Assembly (NCBI RefSeq): GCF_008831285.2
Contig: NC_045138.2
Coordinates: forward strand, 22,382,001 to 22,446,000
Length of the DNA stretch: 64,000 nucleotides
Source: Nymphaea colorata
Lineage: Eukaryota
Direction of reading: 5' to 3'
Under the pieces are notes generated by a model. The model saw only the letters and a list, made by a program, of their open reading frames with translations. It did not search any database and was not told the origin of the DNA. Position numbers and translations under genes: made by a program. Positions 12,774 to 25,666 of the stretch are shown here, piece after piece. How positions within the stretch are numbered: position 1 is the stretch's first letter; each line of letters begins with the position of its first letter.

Positions 12774-15700
12774 GAAAGAAAATAGAATCTGCTCCCTATT
12801 CTCTTTCTAGTATGCTTGCAATAGAATTCATCGAGTTGTAACTTTGATGTTGTGTTGTTGGCCATTCAGCTTATTCTTTTATTGTACACATATATATTGT
12901 ATCATCATCATCAACAAGCCAAGCAAGAAAAACTTTTATCTATCTCAACATGTCATCATGCTCCGTTCTTACAAAAATAGACCTCCTGTGGAGAACTCTA
13001 TCATTGAAAAAGTCAGCTTCAAAAATTAATGTTTAGAATTCATCATTTGGGGACAAACTTAACTGTTGCTTAGGTTTCCTTACAAATTAAATGAACTTTT
13101 AGATCATCTTGTGTTACATGCCAATATATGCAATTATATTGCATTATGCTGGGCCCTTTCCATGCCCGTAAAACTAGGGAAGAGAGATAGAGGTGCTCTT
13201 TTGGCTGGAAATGAACGCCTGAGGAGCGAATGAAAGAGAGTGCAGGGAACAGTAGAATGAGGGAAAAAAATGTTGGGAATCATGGCAGAAGTGGTGATCT
13301 GTGAATCTATCAAAAGTTGGGGATCTTTTTGTTGGCCTTTTTGTTATTGACTCAAAACTTGAGTGCTGATTTATAGTTTTTTCTGAATTTTCTACATAAT
13401 ATTTGATTAAAATAATTAAAACACTATTTAACTAACATAGTACGATGCAGTATCTACTACATGGAATTAGACAAGCTAACGTGTCTAACTTTCAATGTTG
13501 TTAATTTCTTAGGTAGGAGCGTGTCATGTTGTAGCTAGTGCCTGTTCCTAGCTGTCATGTCCTCATCCAGCCATTCATTCACTATCGCATGCATTTGCAT
13601 TCATTATACATTTTGGTTTATGCATAAATATATTCATTTTACTAAATAGAATTCATGCATATGATGTATGTATTTATCATGACCATGACGTCATCTTATG
13701 CTTATATAATAAGTGCACGTGCATCACTCATATCCTATAGTACTCGCGTATGATGCATTGCATATTGGTTTTTGTGTTTTTGTGTGGTTGATTGAGTGAT
13801 TTCAAATGAAACTCTCTTTGAAATATTCAAATTCGTGGTTAATAAAGTAACATTCTTAGTATTTGTGTGGTTCCAAATCAAACTCCTTATAACCATTCCC
13901 AATGGATTCAACGGGAGTTTGGTCAAGTGAGTATTAATGGCATACAATTGCAATTAGTCCTAACCTTTCCAAAACATCCTGACCTTTAAAAAGAAGTTAA
14001 GAAAATTTTATTTATATTTATTTTACTCAAAATAAAATCTATTAACCTTCGAGAGGAAACACCAACAAACAAATTTGTTTACTCTCAACTACAGTGAACA
14101 AGGTTGATCCTATAGGGAACAGGTATAAAAACTACTTTGGCTCCACACAAATAATAAATTAATCTTTTATTAGTCAACCAAATGAATGCTTACAAAAGAA
14201 TACTTCATTCAAACATATTGACATTCAATTCACTCGATCAAGCAGCTAAAAAAAAAAGAAAAGAAAATACTAAAATCTTACCTACACTAATCTTCAATGC
14301 CAATCTGCCGAGATGCACAGTAAAGGCCGCCTCGTGGTAATCTTTTCATTAAATTATTGGTTTTGCTTACGCCGTCTTTACCAATATTGTATGTGGTCAA
14401 GGCAGCAACCAGTTATACTTAAAACTATATTTGTGACTAGTCATGGATGCATCTGACCATAGCCCCTTTCTTCCTCTGGTGGTGAAAGTTATAGATACAA
14501 ATGCCTGCTTATTTTTGTTCAAAATTGTTTGCATTGGTTAACAATTTTTTCTCTCTCCCTTCACTCTACTTGTCATTATTTGGGATGCGACTCTGTTTGG
14601 GGATTATCTCATTAAGTGCTTCGCTTCTATTTCAATCGAATAAGAAGCATTTTTCACTAGTTGTTTGATTGATCTAATGCATTGATGGACAAAATATGTG
14701 TAGATGGACAAAATATGTGTATCTTCCACATCAGTCAAGGCCAAGAAGGCTGTGCCCTTGTGGAGCTGTTGAGAAAGCAAACTAGTTTGCTTTTAATGTC
14801 AAATCTCTTACATATGGGTATGTTCGTATATATAAGAAAGCTCTTTGGTGATATATTCTTACTGTTTCCTCTATGAACGTGAAGGTTTTATTAAATATCA
14901 GAAGAGGATTTAACACTTAGAAGCTATGGTTCATGCCGAACAGATTGCCTCCGCAGATGCCCAGGAAGTTTTATATATACGTAGGCCAACTTCTTTTTCA
15001 TTGCCAACCATTTTCTAATAGCACTAGCATCAATATATATATCTAAAATCTGCTGCTTCTGAACCTCCATCACACTGAGGTTATTGCTTCATGTGAATGA
15101 TCAATTTTAGCAAACTTTGTCTTCTTTAGTTGTATTTACCTACATAGTGCAGTCTAAGGGAATTGAAACTGAAGACAAATGGAACATATTGAAGGAGGAT
15201 ATATTGGGGGATCTGCATAGGCCTATGTTTCTGGAGGTATATCGTTTATTAGTGCCCTTTATTTTCTTTGTTATTCTTTATTCTTATGCCCAGTCCTTTC
15301 TAAAATTGTTTGCACTAGATCTTAAACATCTCGGTGCACTAACTTAATTCACATTGATCATCTTCCTGTTTTCACTGAGTTTCTTGAGATCTTAACATCT
15401 TCTTTATTGGCTTAATGAGGCTACCCATGTGTTTATACTTGTGGAGTTTGTGTACCTTATTAGGATCTGATCTAGGATATAGTAATATTTCTAGTGTTTT
15501 TCATAGAAAGTATATTGACTAATACTCCTGCAGGTTTTTTAAATTAAAAGACAAGAAACTGCAATTTATGCACTTGATGTATGCTTCATTTAATGTATGA
15601 TGACTTCAACTTGATGTAGTTGACAATCTTTCCAGATCCTATCCCGTGAATAATATAATCCGTTTTGTTATTCGTGTTGACTTAGAAGGCTACAAATACT

Positions 15701-16593
15701 TACGATATATATGTTTTGATTTAAGTGGATAACTTTCATGGGGTTATTCGTTTGACTTATGGGGTAATGACATAAAGCATGCAACTTTTATAGTTTTCTC
15801 TTTCCAATTTTCTAGAACTTTAAATTCTAGTCATTTCCTCAAGCTGTTGACTTACTTTTTCTCTTATTCTTTTTGTTTTATATGATGGCGAATGTGCTAA
15901 TTTTGCAGTCCTGGTTGGTAATATCTTGTTTCTAGCTTCTAACTTTATTATATCTTTTTGATTGGCTCAAATTCATTAGTGATACTAAGCTATAAAACTT
16001 GTTGAACATCAATTTTTATGGATTTTGATTTTTTACTACAATATTCTTCTTCCCCATGCTTCAAACTTGTTATTGTGAATTTTAACTTGTGTGCAATCCT
16101 TGCTTCCACTCTTTCCAGTTTTGCTTTCCCAACCAAATAACTTGTACTTTGAAATTCTGTTCATCTTCTAGAGGTGATAATGAGGTAGTTGAAATTAAGA
16201 GTTAGTGTGGCCTATGAAATTTTTGTGTTTTTTTTACCTGCTATTTAAAACTTAAATTACAGATTTAACAGTTTGTGTGATTCTTAATTCTCATTTAGAA
16301 GTACCTGGATTAATAAGTTTATGATTCTTAAACTGGTGCTTGTTTTTTGTTTATTTATGTACATTTCAATGTATTAGTGACAATTATAACAATTGTTATA
16401 ATGAAAAAAAATGAAAATTATATTCTGTGATGCCTATAGAGAGGTATGTGTTTGAAGAGTAGTAGAAGAAGAAATTGGGTGATTGTGAGAGGAGTAGCGT
16501 TCACCGGAATCAAATGACGATCTGCTGTTAATATGTTAGCTGGGTCGACTAGTTATGCTATGTCCATTGACATGATCTCAACATGGCTGGCTC

Positions 16594-16785
16594 CAAGAGC
16601 AAAACGAGAATTTTTTTTAGGGGCGGGCCAAACGGTCCAACGAATTTATCTGGATATGGCCAAACTAAACCCGAATCCAAAAAATATATTACGCAACTAA
16701 AAGTTTTCAATTTTTGTAATGTAATTTTTTTTTTTTCAATTAGCTATGGTAGGGCCATGGCCTAGGCACCCTTCCTCCGCCCCTG
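16594..16785. mobile_element. hAT-type MITE
   Basis: Exact 8-bp TSD gctggctc (16586-16593, 16786-16793); right TIR ctccgcccctg; body shared with 20828-21014. Confidence 0.85.
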
Positions 16786-17428
16786 GCTGGCTCGACTAGT
16801 TATGCTATCGGCTGCTGTTGCGGAACGGCAATCCCGCAACCTCCGACCACCGTTGACTTCCCTTTCAACGGTTGGCTCACTGCGATCCTTCGAGCTCACC
16901 ACCCAGAATTTGCAGCTCTTTTGGACTTCCTTGGTCCAACCAAGATGCTTGCTTGCTTTACTTTGCAATACCGTCAAGGACGCAACCGCTTCACAAATTG
17001 GGGGAGAACGGCATCTAATGAATTCATCCACGGTTCTGTACGATCGGATCTGAATTTGGCACTCGGATTCAAACCTTGTGTTCTAAAATCGGAAACGTGC
17101 AATTCTAATTTAGTTAAATCAAAATGCCCAATGAATTTTAATATTATCGGATCTGAATTTCAATACCAGATGCAGCGAAATGGGTTCAAGCACGGATGCT
17201 TAGTCGAAGATATGTCATCCATTCACATCGCTAATGACCGAATAATTCTTGGATCCAACTTGGTCAATAATTAGAAAAACAAAAGTTGGATTTGTAAAAT
17301 TAGTGAGTCAGTGACACGTTCGTTTGCGTTGTCAAACGATGACCCAATTCGTTCGTGACAAGCAGGGCCCCAGACGTGACAATATGTTTCCCCCTTCACC
17401 TGGACGATCATTCACCTGGACGGTCAGT

Positions 17429-17461
<33 letters not shown>

Positions 17462-19030
17462 TGTTTCAAAGTAATTTGCAGGATGGTAGTATAGTCGGTA
17501 TGCTAACAGTGCGGTTTTCATCTGCTCATTTGAAATACAAACACTAACATATTCAATACTCAAATTAAAAAATGCCCCCGTTTATTGGGCCTTTTGATAC
17601 AATCAAATAAATTGTCTGGAAGGCGCCTATAAAAGTAGGAGCCAAGGCCTTGGGGCTTTAGGTGCCCTTCAAAAAAAAATAATAATTTATATGTAATTTT
17701 AAAAACTTTCACTTGGTATATATAAAAGTTTGAAAAATGATTAGGACTTGCTTAACTCATTTGTACATGTTTCTATTAAATTAGTCTGTGTCATTTCTTT
17801 GAATTCGTGTAAACTTGTTTAACTAGTTTATTTTCACTAATTCAACTATGAAGAGCTATTCAACAGAAAATTTAAAGAAAAATAATGTTTTGTATTCTGT
17901 TTTTAAATATCCTCTAAAGAAAAACTTAATAAGAAAAACGTGAACTCGATTCATTGTACAGCCTTAAGCCGCACCTTTTCAGGTGAAACAAAATGAATAA
18001 AAAAAACCCCACTGTTAAGGCAGAGATTGCCAGCGAATGATGACTTGGAGCGCCCCATCAACTCTTATTAAAATAACTGCCACCATGGGAAAAGGAAAGC
18101 ACATCGAATCAATACCAAATTCCCGTTCGGCACGACTCCAGCTTCTGCCTTTTTGATGCACGGGAAATCCGGAACGCAAGGAATGCGTCAACGGAGTTTT
18201 GGACCACCACCTCCGAAACCACTGGCCGGATGAATCCATGGGCCTCCGCGTAATCCACCGCATCACACTCTGCTGGCCGCCTCCCCTGTTTCCTCCACTC
18301 CCGCCAACTTTTCTAAACTGTTACTCTAATAAGAAAAGATAGAACATGACAGGTTTCTTAGTCCATTTTGTTCTATTAGTTTTCGTTTCGCTATCTGCAG
18401 TGATATTAGTCTTCTTTTCACTATCTGCAGTGATCTTAGATTCGACAGGCCAAAACACACCAGAAGCTATCAAAATGCAACCTAAATGAATGGCACATGG
18501 TATATAAATCAGAAAGATAGAAATGAACTTCTTTTGCCTGCACAAAAATGGCATAGAAATGAACTTCTTCTGCCTGCATAAAATATGGCGCTACAAAAAA
18601 ATCAAACTGTGGCTGCTAATCCCACAGTGTACAGTCGGTACTGAATGAATTTAGTTTGAGGGAATTCAAAAGTTTGTTTTGTGGACTGGAGAAAATACAA
18701 AATACAAATATACTGCTGAATAGAAGAATGTCTGCTAAAAGGAGAACAATCAGTCATTGCCATCATATGAACTGTTGAACACATCCTGCTGGTTAAAAGA
18801 TCGAATATATCCAATTTTCTTTAATTGGTACAAGTTCTCATGTTTTTCTTTTTCTTTTTCTCTGTGTGAAAAGAAGAAACTGAACAAAATGGAGAAAGAG
18901 AAGACCAAAAATGGGTACTACAGGCAATATGAGATGAACCCAATAATCTAAAGAATAAAAAATAAAAAAATTTCTTGTTTCTTTACATTGGCCGGAAGGG
19001 GGGAAAAGGAACAACAAAAGAGTATTAATC

Positions 19031-19579
19031 TCAATTAACAGTATCCTCTTCATGAATCGTGCTCAGCCCCAGCTTGAATGACCCGCAAGCGAACCTCGCC
19101 TTCTTAGAGGCAACCCTTTGCAGCCTACGCACCGAGCCGGGCCTCCTCAACTCGACTTTACGCAGCCCATCATCTCGTGGCTCGAACTCGCCCGAGCCCA
19201 CTCCCGCCGCCCTTTCGCAGACCGGCACGACACGGCAGAAAGCAGGGCGGCGCCCCTTCCCCTTCTTGCCGCTCTTCTGCATCGCGAGGCTGGCCTTGAC
19301 TGCCAAGGCGGCCATGTCGGAGGCGGAGAGCGAGACCTTCCGCCTGGCATCGGGCAGCACGAAGTAGACCTGGCCGGGCAGGAGCTCGTCATCGGGGGCC
19401 ATGGGGGGGATGGCCTCGTCGTAGCACATGGAGTCGGAGTTGCAGACGAAGCAGTCGGGGTTCCCGTCCAGGGCGTGCTTGGCGGCGGACGCTTGCCGGA
19501 ACTCCTGGAGGGAGCCGTTGGGGAGGATTACCATCGCGGTATGGGTTGGCTCATCGTGAGATGACACGCACAATCCCAT
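19031..19579 (-). CDS. DUF4228 / PADRE-family protein (182 aa, intronless)
   Basis: Starts MGLCVSS (myristoylation/acylation-type N-terminus). Family motifs AMVILPNGSLQEF, FVCNSDSM, DDELLPGQVYFVLP, LSASDMAALAVKASLA, and C-terminal LSTIHEE. GC-rich codon usage, uninterrupted frame. Confidence 0.9.
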   Translation of the reverse strand: MGLCVSSHDEPTHTAMVILPNGSLQEFRQASAAKHALDGNPDCFVCNSDSMCYDEAIPPMAPDDELLPGQVYFVLPDARRKVSLSASDMAALAVKASLAMQKSGKKGKGRRPAFCRVVPVCERAAGVGSGEFEPRDDGLRKVELRRPGSVRRLQRVASKKARFACGSFKLGLSTIHEEDTVN

Positions 19580-19746
19580 GAAGACGGAAATGATGCCTTC
19601 GCTTCGTTTTCTGCCGCTTATTGTCGTCGGTGGCGGTGGCGGTGGCTGTGGTGGTGGTAGCGGTGACGGTGACTGTGGTGGTGGTGGCGCTGCCGCTGCT
19701 AAACCGGTGGTTTGATTTGGGAAGGGAAGGGGAAGGGTTTTGGGCA

Positions 19747-19753
19747 TTTTATA
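19747..19753 (-). promoter_or_regulatory. Candidate TATA box of the DUF4228 gene
   Basis: TATAAAA on the minus strand ~170 nt upstream of the MGLC start, followed by a pyrimidine-rich leader. Confidence 0.6.
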
Positions 19754-20667
19754 CGGAGAGGAACGCGGTGGGATTCCGATGATCGGGTCTCCACGCAAGA
19801 GAGGGTCGGTATTTTGGGAAGGGAGGGAGTGAAATCACCGCTGACGCGTATTTGGTTGGGACCCACAGCAAATGCCAGGGCGCCTTTATGTGGCTTGGTC
19901 GTCAAGGCACAGCGACGGCGGAAATTGCGGTACGGTGCGTTGGGTTGACTCGGCGTGCTCGTTTCCGGTTTCCGTCCCGCTTTCGCCCACTGGTCGCGGC
20001 TCGTGGGTTCGTGGGAAGTCTGCAGGGTCCGGTCCGACCGAAAATTCTGCACCGCCTAGAAGGTCCAAGACGGTACTGTTGGTCGTCGTTTGGGTTCTTC
20101 TTACGACATTTCCTTTGCTAAGGGATCAACTATTCCAACAATTGAAGTGGATACGTGGAAGAGCAACCACTGAACCTTTAATTTTGTTTTAATGTTTATT
20201 TAAAGGAAACCGCCATTCTTGTGATATACAAGATATATTTTTATACCTTTCAGATCAACCTTCAATTCAGATGTTATGTTTGTCACCATTGCAGTGATTA
20301 TAGGATTTGAACTTCTAACTTCTTGAGTATGAACACTTTGCCGCTCAATTGAGCAGCTTGATATAAATTTTTAATTCGAATCCAATACCTGTACACTGTA
20401 GTTAGGCATGGATTTGGACCACATCATTTGAGGGCAGCGCTGACTCGGCACTTCAATCTACACGTTGAAGATATGCAATCTTGTGACTACTTTGATTCGA
20501 ATCCCCCATGTTTATATCGCACATAATAAAAAAGAAGTAGATGTGGAATCAACAAAGTGGTATTCCAAAGGGACAAAAAGTTGGAGCACTCGTGGCCATA
20601 ACCAAGGTTAGAGTTAAGATTTTTGGCATTTATGAGGAAGGATATCAAAGTGGGATGTCCATCGATC

Positions 20668-21036
20668 CAGGGAAGAGTCTGGAATTTTGTAGGAGTGGTC
20701 GAATTAAAGTTTTCAAATTTGAGCGAAATATCATTTTTCAAAATTTTTATATAAAACAAGTGAAATTTCTTAAAATTTACATATAATTTTTTTTAAAAAA
20801 AATTGAGGTAGGGCCAAGGCCCAAGTGTAGGGATGAAGCGATGATTTTTTCAGGAGTGAGCCAAATGGTCCAAACAACTTATTCGGGTAGGGTTAAACTA
20901 AACCCGAATCAACAAAATACATTACGCAACTAAAAGTTTTTGTTTTTTAATGTATTTTTTTAATTGGCTGGGGTGGGGCCATGACTTACGCGGGTCCCCC
21001 TCCCTCCGCCCTTGCCCAAGTGGGCCTTACCTTGGC
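20668..21036. mobile_element. MITE (hAT-like family), host of a nested MITE; right boundary approximate
   Basis: Body (gaattaaagttt...aaatatcattttt...tttttatataaaacaagtgaaattt) matches 21763-21942 and 54970-55121. Confidence 0.65.
20828..21014. mobile_element. hAT-type MITE nested in another MITE
   Basis: Exact 8-bp TSD cccaagtg (20820-20827, 21015-21022); same family as 16594-16785. Confidence 0.85.
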
Positions 21037-21681
21037 TTTAATGGCTCCTCCATTTCTCCTATTAGATTTAATAAATGTTCACTTGTATGAATTTGAATTT
21101 GGATTTGAATACAAAGGAATAAAAGGCTATGCCATTGGATCTGACTTTTAAATTCACAATCTGAATCTAATCCAAATATGACTTTTATGGTCACAGCCTA
21201 CTTTTAAATGCACAATTGAATCTCATTATGATATATGTAAGGAACCAACTTTGTAAATGTATAAATATTGGATGTAAGAAACTATTTGAAATTCAATCCA
21301 AATCTTAATCTAATAGGATGTTTCTTTAAAACTAAATTAAAACCCAAATCTGCCTGAACATCATTTCTTAAATTCGAATCTGATTCGATTTCTTAATCAG
21401 ATGTTAAAAAAAAATTCATATCCGACTCCTTTGAGGCAGTTCAGTCAGATATCTTATCTGAAACCAATCGATTGACATTCCCACAAAATGCAATAATTCT
21501 TCTACTACTTCAACGTTTCTTACTTGTATGACTATGCGTTGGTGTTAATGATTTCATAAAACTACTGTCTTTCAACCATCAAATGTATAGACCAGTTGTT
21601 GATCTTATGATTGCCTGTAAAACACACATGGATATTAAAGTTTATTAATGTAACATTTTTCCTTACAAAGTGGTTGAGAGG

Positions 21682-21719
<38 letters not shown>

Positions 21720-21762
21720 CTTGTACAACAAAAAAAATTGTGTGCAAAAAGATATGTTTACA

Positions 21763-21942
21763 TAGAGGCGGAACCAGAAATTTTTCACGAAAGAGAGTGA
21801 ATTAAAGTTTCTAAATTTTGACTAGGACCAAAATATCATTTTTTTAAATTTTTATATAAAACAAGTGAAATTTTTTAACATTTATATATAGTTTTTTTTT
21901 TAGATGGGGCCAAGACCCTACCGTGGCTCCGCCCCCGCCCTA
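21763..21942. mobile_element. hAT-type MITE
   Basis: TIRs tagaggcgg / ccgcccta; TSD tgtttaca/tgtttact (7/8). Confidence 0.75.
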
Positions 21943-22815
21943 TGTTTACTGAATGCATAAAATGCATCTACATAAGGACATTAGGAAAAAGGAGGATGCC
22001 CTAACTTAACCCTGTTGGGAGATTAATTAACAAGTAACTCAAACGGACGCTTATGGCATTAAGAATGAGAAAGGTTGGGTGGAAGTATGAATTCTCTTTT
22101 AGGCGGTAGATAAAATGCTCGTTCTAACTGACCACCACTGACTGATTGACTGCTGCTGGCCATTGAATGTGCAACTAACTAGCAGCAGTAAAAAGTAAAC
22201 GGTGTTGGGCTTCTTTCCTCAGCCATGCACACACGATAAGAGCAGAGCAGGCAAAGCAAAGAAAGGATAAATTTATGGGAACAGGGACTAGAAAAGTGTC
22301 CCCTGGTTTACTTAAAACCGGAAGAGTTTTGTCATTGCATGTCCATCCTCGATTCTTTTAGTCACATACAGAATGCCTTTTAGGTAAAAATGTTATTTAA
22401 CATGGATGGACATCTTCCAACAAACACTTGAAATGACCCAGAGATGGAAAAGGGGGACGTTGTTTCTTTCCATACCTCTCTCCTCATCATGTCACCGGAT
22501 ATTGCTGTCATGCAGTGCCAGTGAGAAGGATGGACTTTTTCTCCCTGTCGCTGGTGGCTTCCAGTGGCCTACTCCACACCTCCAAAAGAGGAGGCGCACC
22601 TAGAAAAAACTCACTCTGGTAGAAAAGATTTCATTGGAAAAATGTCTGACCTTTTCTGATCCAGTTTTTTTAGGAAAAACTTTACAAACCCACTTCGGAT
22701 TGGACAAAAAATTTATACGCTTTTGAAACTTGTAGAGAAATTACATAAAAGTACCAGAAAAAGTCCCAATGGTTTTTTTGTTTTTGATGCTTATGGAATG
22801 CCCCGTAAAGCCTAA

Positions 22816-23066
22816 CACCCTGTTTGGGATGGAAGGAGAAGGAGAGAAATGAATGAAAATAAAGGCTTTCCTTGTGCTTGGAGGACTTATAAATAAGGAG
22901 GCTGAAAGAAGAGCTAGGAATTGTGTTTAGGTGCAAAGGAAAGAAAATGAAGGGAAAGGAATGGCCGTTCATTCCTTTTCCTTCCCTCTCCCATTCCCTT
23001 CCCTTTTCTTTCCTTCGCCCTTCATTCATTCCTTTCCATCTCTTTTCCTCCATCCAAACAGTGTCC
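22816..23066. mobile_element. Tourist/PIF-Harbinger-like MITE
   Basis: TIR cores ctgtttgggatg / catccaaacag, TAA on both flanks; purine-rich left half mirrors pyrimidine-rich right half. Confidence 0.7.
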
Positions 23067-23928
23067 TAAAGGTGTGTGTGTCTAATATATCAACGCCAAT
23101 ACACATGACAGTGCAAAGTGCTCCTTAGATAAATATCTAAATAGAGATGACATCTTCTAGAATGGAAGTTACATGGATGAGAGCTGCTTAAAAACCAAGC
23201 CAGGAACCAATATAAAATGATCCCTTTTACATGTCTCAACAGAACTTTTAAGTTGAGAACCTTTAAACCATTATGAGATCTCTCTCTATCTAATGTATAT
23301 GATGAATGTAGTAAGATGATCTCGTTTTGAGAGTAACCATAAGCATTTTTATTCCTTGAGGGCATAGGGAGCAAGGTGGCTAACACTTAAAGGGGTTTAA
23401 TGTTCCAAACATGTAGTCACTGACTCACTGTCACGTTTTAGTGTGTTGTTCATCTAGGCTGTAAACAGTGGCGAGCAGGACACCGACTTGAAACCTATAC
23501 CCTGAAGCAAGCCAGAACCTTGGAGGCATGGTACTAAAGGGATTGGAATTGAAATGTAGAAAACATGTAGAGGGATTAATGGTACTCGAACCAATCCCAA
23601 ATAGACCAGTTGAACACATATGCCTCAATTTGAGAATTTACCAACCTTACCGCAGGGAAGATGAAGAGCTGTGAAATGAAAGAATACAAGAAAACAATGT
23701 AGAGAGAACGAGAGGTAGACAAGTGTGAGAGAGAAAACAAGAGGTTGCCAGTCCCATCTACACTTAGACATCCGATACAACATCTCTTTGCATGCGGCAC
23801 AATAATAGACAACTGATAATTGTTGCAAACTTGTTCAATTTCAACAAATTTGATTTCTCAGTGCGTTTCTAAGTTACTATCAGATTCTAAATGCGTCTTT
23901 CTCAACTCTTTCAAATATAATTGAACAA

Positions 23929-23932
<4 letters not shown>

Positions 23933-24007
<75 letters not shown>
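23933..24007. repeat. (TA)n microsatellite
   Basis: ~75 bp pure TA run. Others lie at ~2756-2806, 21684-21714 and 28518-28548, with compound (TC)n(TA)n at 45728-45813 and 49697-49758. Confidence 0.95.
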
Positions 24008-24009
<2 letters not shown>

Positions 24010-25413
24010 TGATTAGTAGAAACCAGACATTAGGACAGGGATAAAACACAGTCCCTTTGATTTTGATTTTTGAAAATGTCTTTTTTTTTTTTTTTTGCAA
24101 TCTAACCATATTGAGATGATCTTAAGAACGGGTTAATGTAAAACATATACTAAGTTGATGATTTGTTAGACTTTAATGGCGTCTTTATAATAAACAAGAT
24201 TGAATGGCCTCATGAGACAATAATAAAAAAACAACATTTTTCATTCAAACAACTTGAATCAAATCATGTTTTATATCAAAATAGTCTTTATAGGCACATC
24301 AAGACGTTTATAGCTTACTTAAAATAGTTTTCCAACAAAAAATCAATGGTTATGGTTTTTATTCCTGACCTAAGTGTCTGGTTTTCACCAATTTCTTTCT
24401 CTCTCTTTCTCTCTGTGCACTATATATATATATAAGCACAAGGAATGTTTGAAGACAGGTCATATTGTGGAAGAAAAAGTTTGGATATATGGGAGAAGAT
24501 ACTCTACCTAATTTAGTCCAAAATTTAAGTTGATAAGAGGACAGTGCCTAATAGTGAGAAATAAGTAAAAGGCTTTAATTGGTATGGTAATTTTTTTAGA
24601 TGAACAATAGGTTACAAAGAAAAAAATTAACTGATTTGGAAATGCATCACATCTGGTGGAACTTACTTTCTTAATTTGCACCCTTAGTGGTCGAATTGAA
24701 GGAGAAGATAATTTGGAGTTGGGCCTTGATCACAATGTGAAATAAATGCGTATAAACCTATGGGATCATATTGGTTCTTGAGAAAAAAAAAGATTTAAAA
24801 AGGATAAGGGTTTGTAAGTTATCTAACATTAATGAACAACTTGTTCTTCTTGCTCTCTCAACCATCATCTTTGATGATGGATCAAAAATATGATTCTTTA
24901 AGGTTTAGCATCTAAGGATCTAGTACCCACCAATATCTTTCTTAGCTAGTATTATAGAAAGTTTATTCACATGGAGGAACATTCAAGGAAAACTAAAAAA
25001 TCTAAGGAATGAAACAATTCGTGTAATAAATAATATATAATAAGGTAGAAAGCAGACGGTAAATGAGAGAGAGAGAGAGAGAGAGAGAACAAGTCCACTT
25101 AACCACACAGAAGCAACCGACCAGTTGCATTTAGGAATGTCGTTTCACACTAAAATTTTCCATATGATCGTGTACCCTTTGAAGATCGACACTGTTCTGG
25201 TCCTTGAATGATGTCACACACTAATTATTCCTCTCTGAATTGCCTTCCAAGAAGTTTACCGGAAGATCCACGTCTTTTGGAAGTTTCAATTTCATTTTTA
25301 ATATCTGCCATGTGCGGTACCACACGTTTACAATGAAGTATCTGATGATAAAGATAGACGTAGAAGTCAAGAAGGTCTAGTGGGGTAAGGCAATGTCGTT
25401 TTATAAAAATTAG

Positions 25414-25666
25414 CCAATAAATCAACTTGAGGCACAGTTTCCAAGCACTTTACACTCGGCTCCAGAGATCCTAAAGATCGTACAACTTTTCCACCAACCA
25501 AGAGACCGATGCTCCTCAACCTTCCTTCGTATTTTAAAAGTTGACCAATAAATCAACTTGAGGCACAGTTTCCAAGCACTTTACACTCGGCCCGAGATCC
25601 TAAAAATCATATATCTTTTCCACCGACAAGAAGAGACCGATGCTTCTCAACCTTCTTCCATATTTT
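25414..25666. repeat. Tandem duplication, 131-bp period
   Basis: ccaataaatcaacttgaggcacagtttccaagcactttacactcggc starts at 25414 and again at 25545. Confidence 0.9.

Larger units (their letters stand above)
1..12973 (+). mobile_element. Degenerate Ty1/copia retrotransposon (Ale/RE1-like), host to two nested insertions; 5' LTR runs off the window start
   Basis: PBS-like tggtatcaaagc at 367-378. Gag N-terminus LTRENYITWS..MALTSKNKCGFIKGSI (598-834) resumes after 3928 (VFHATSAKEVY). Decayed protease, integrase, RT and RNaseH motifs follow to ~7100, with many stops and frameshifts. Putative 3' LTR end atgctccgttcttaca (12973) resembles the 5' LTR end atgctctgttcttgaa (366); the LTR match is otherwise weak. 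Confidence 0.8.

Noticed and set aside
19031..19798. 255-aa ORF as the DUF4228 protein
   Set aside because: It starts at a non-ATG codon and spans the candidate TATA box; the family-typical start is MGLC at 19579
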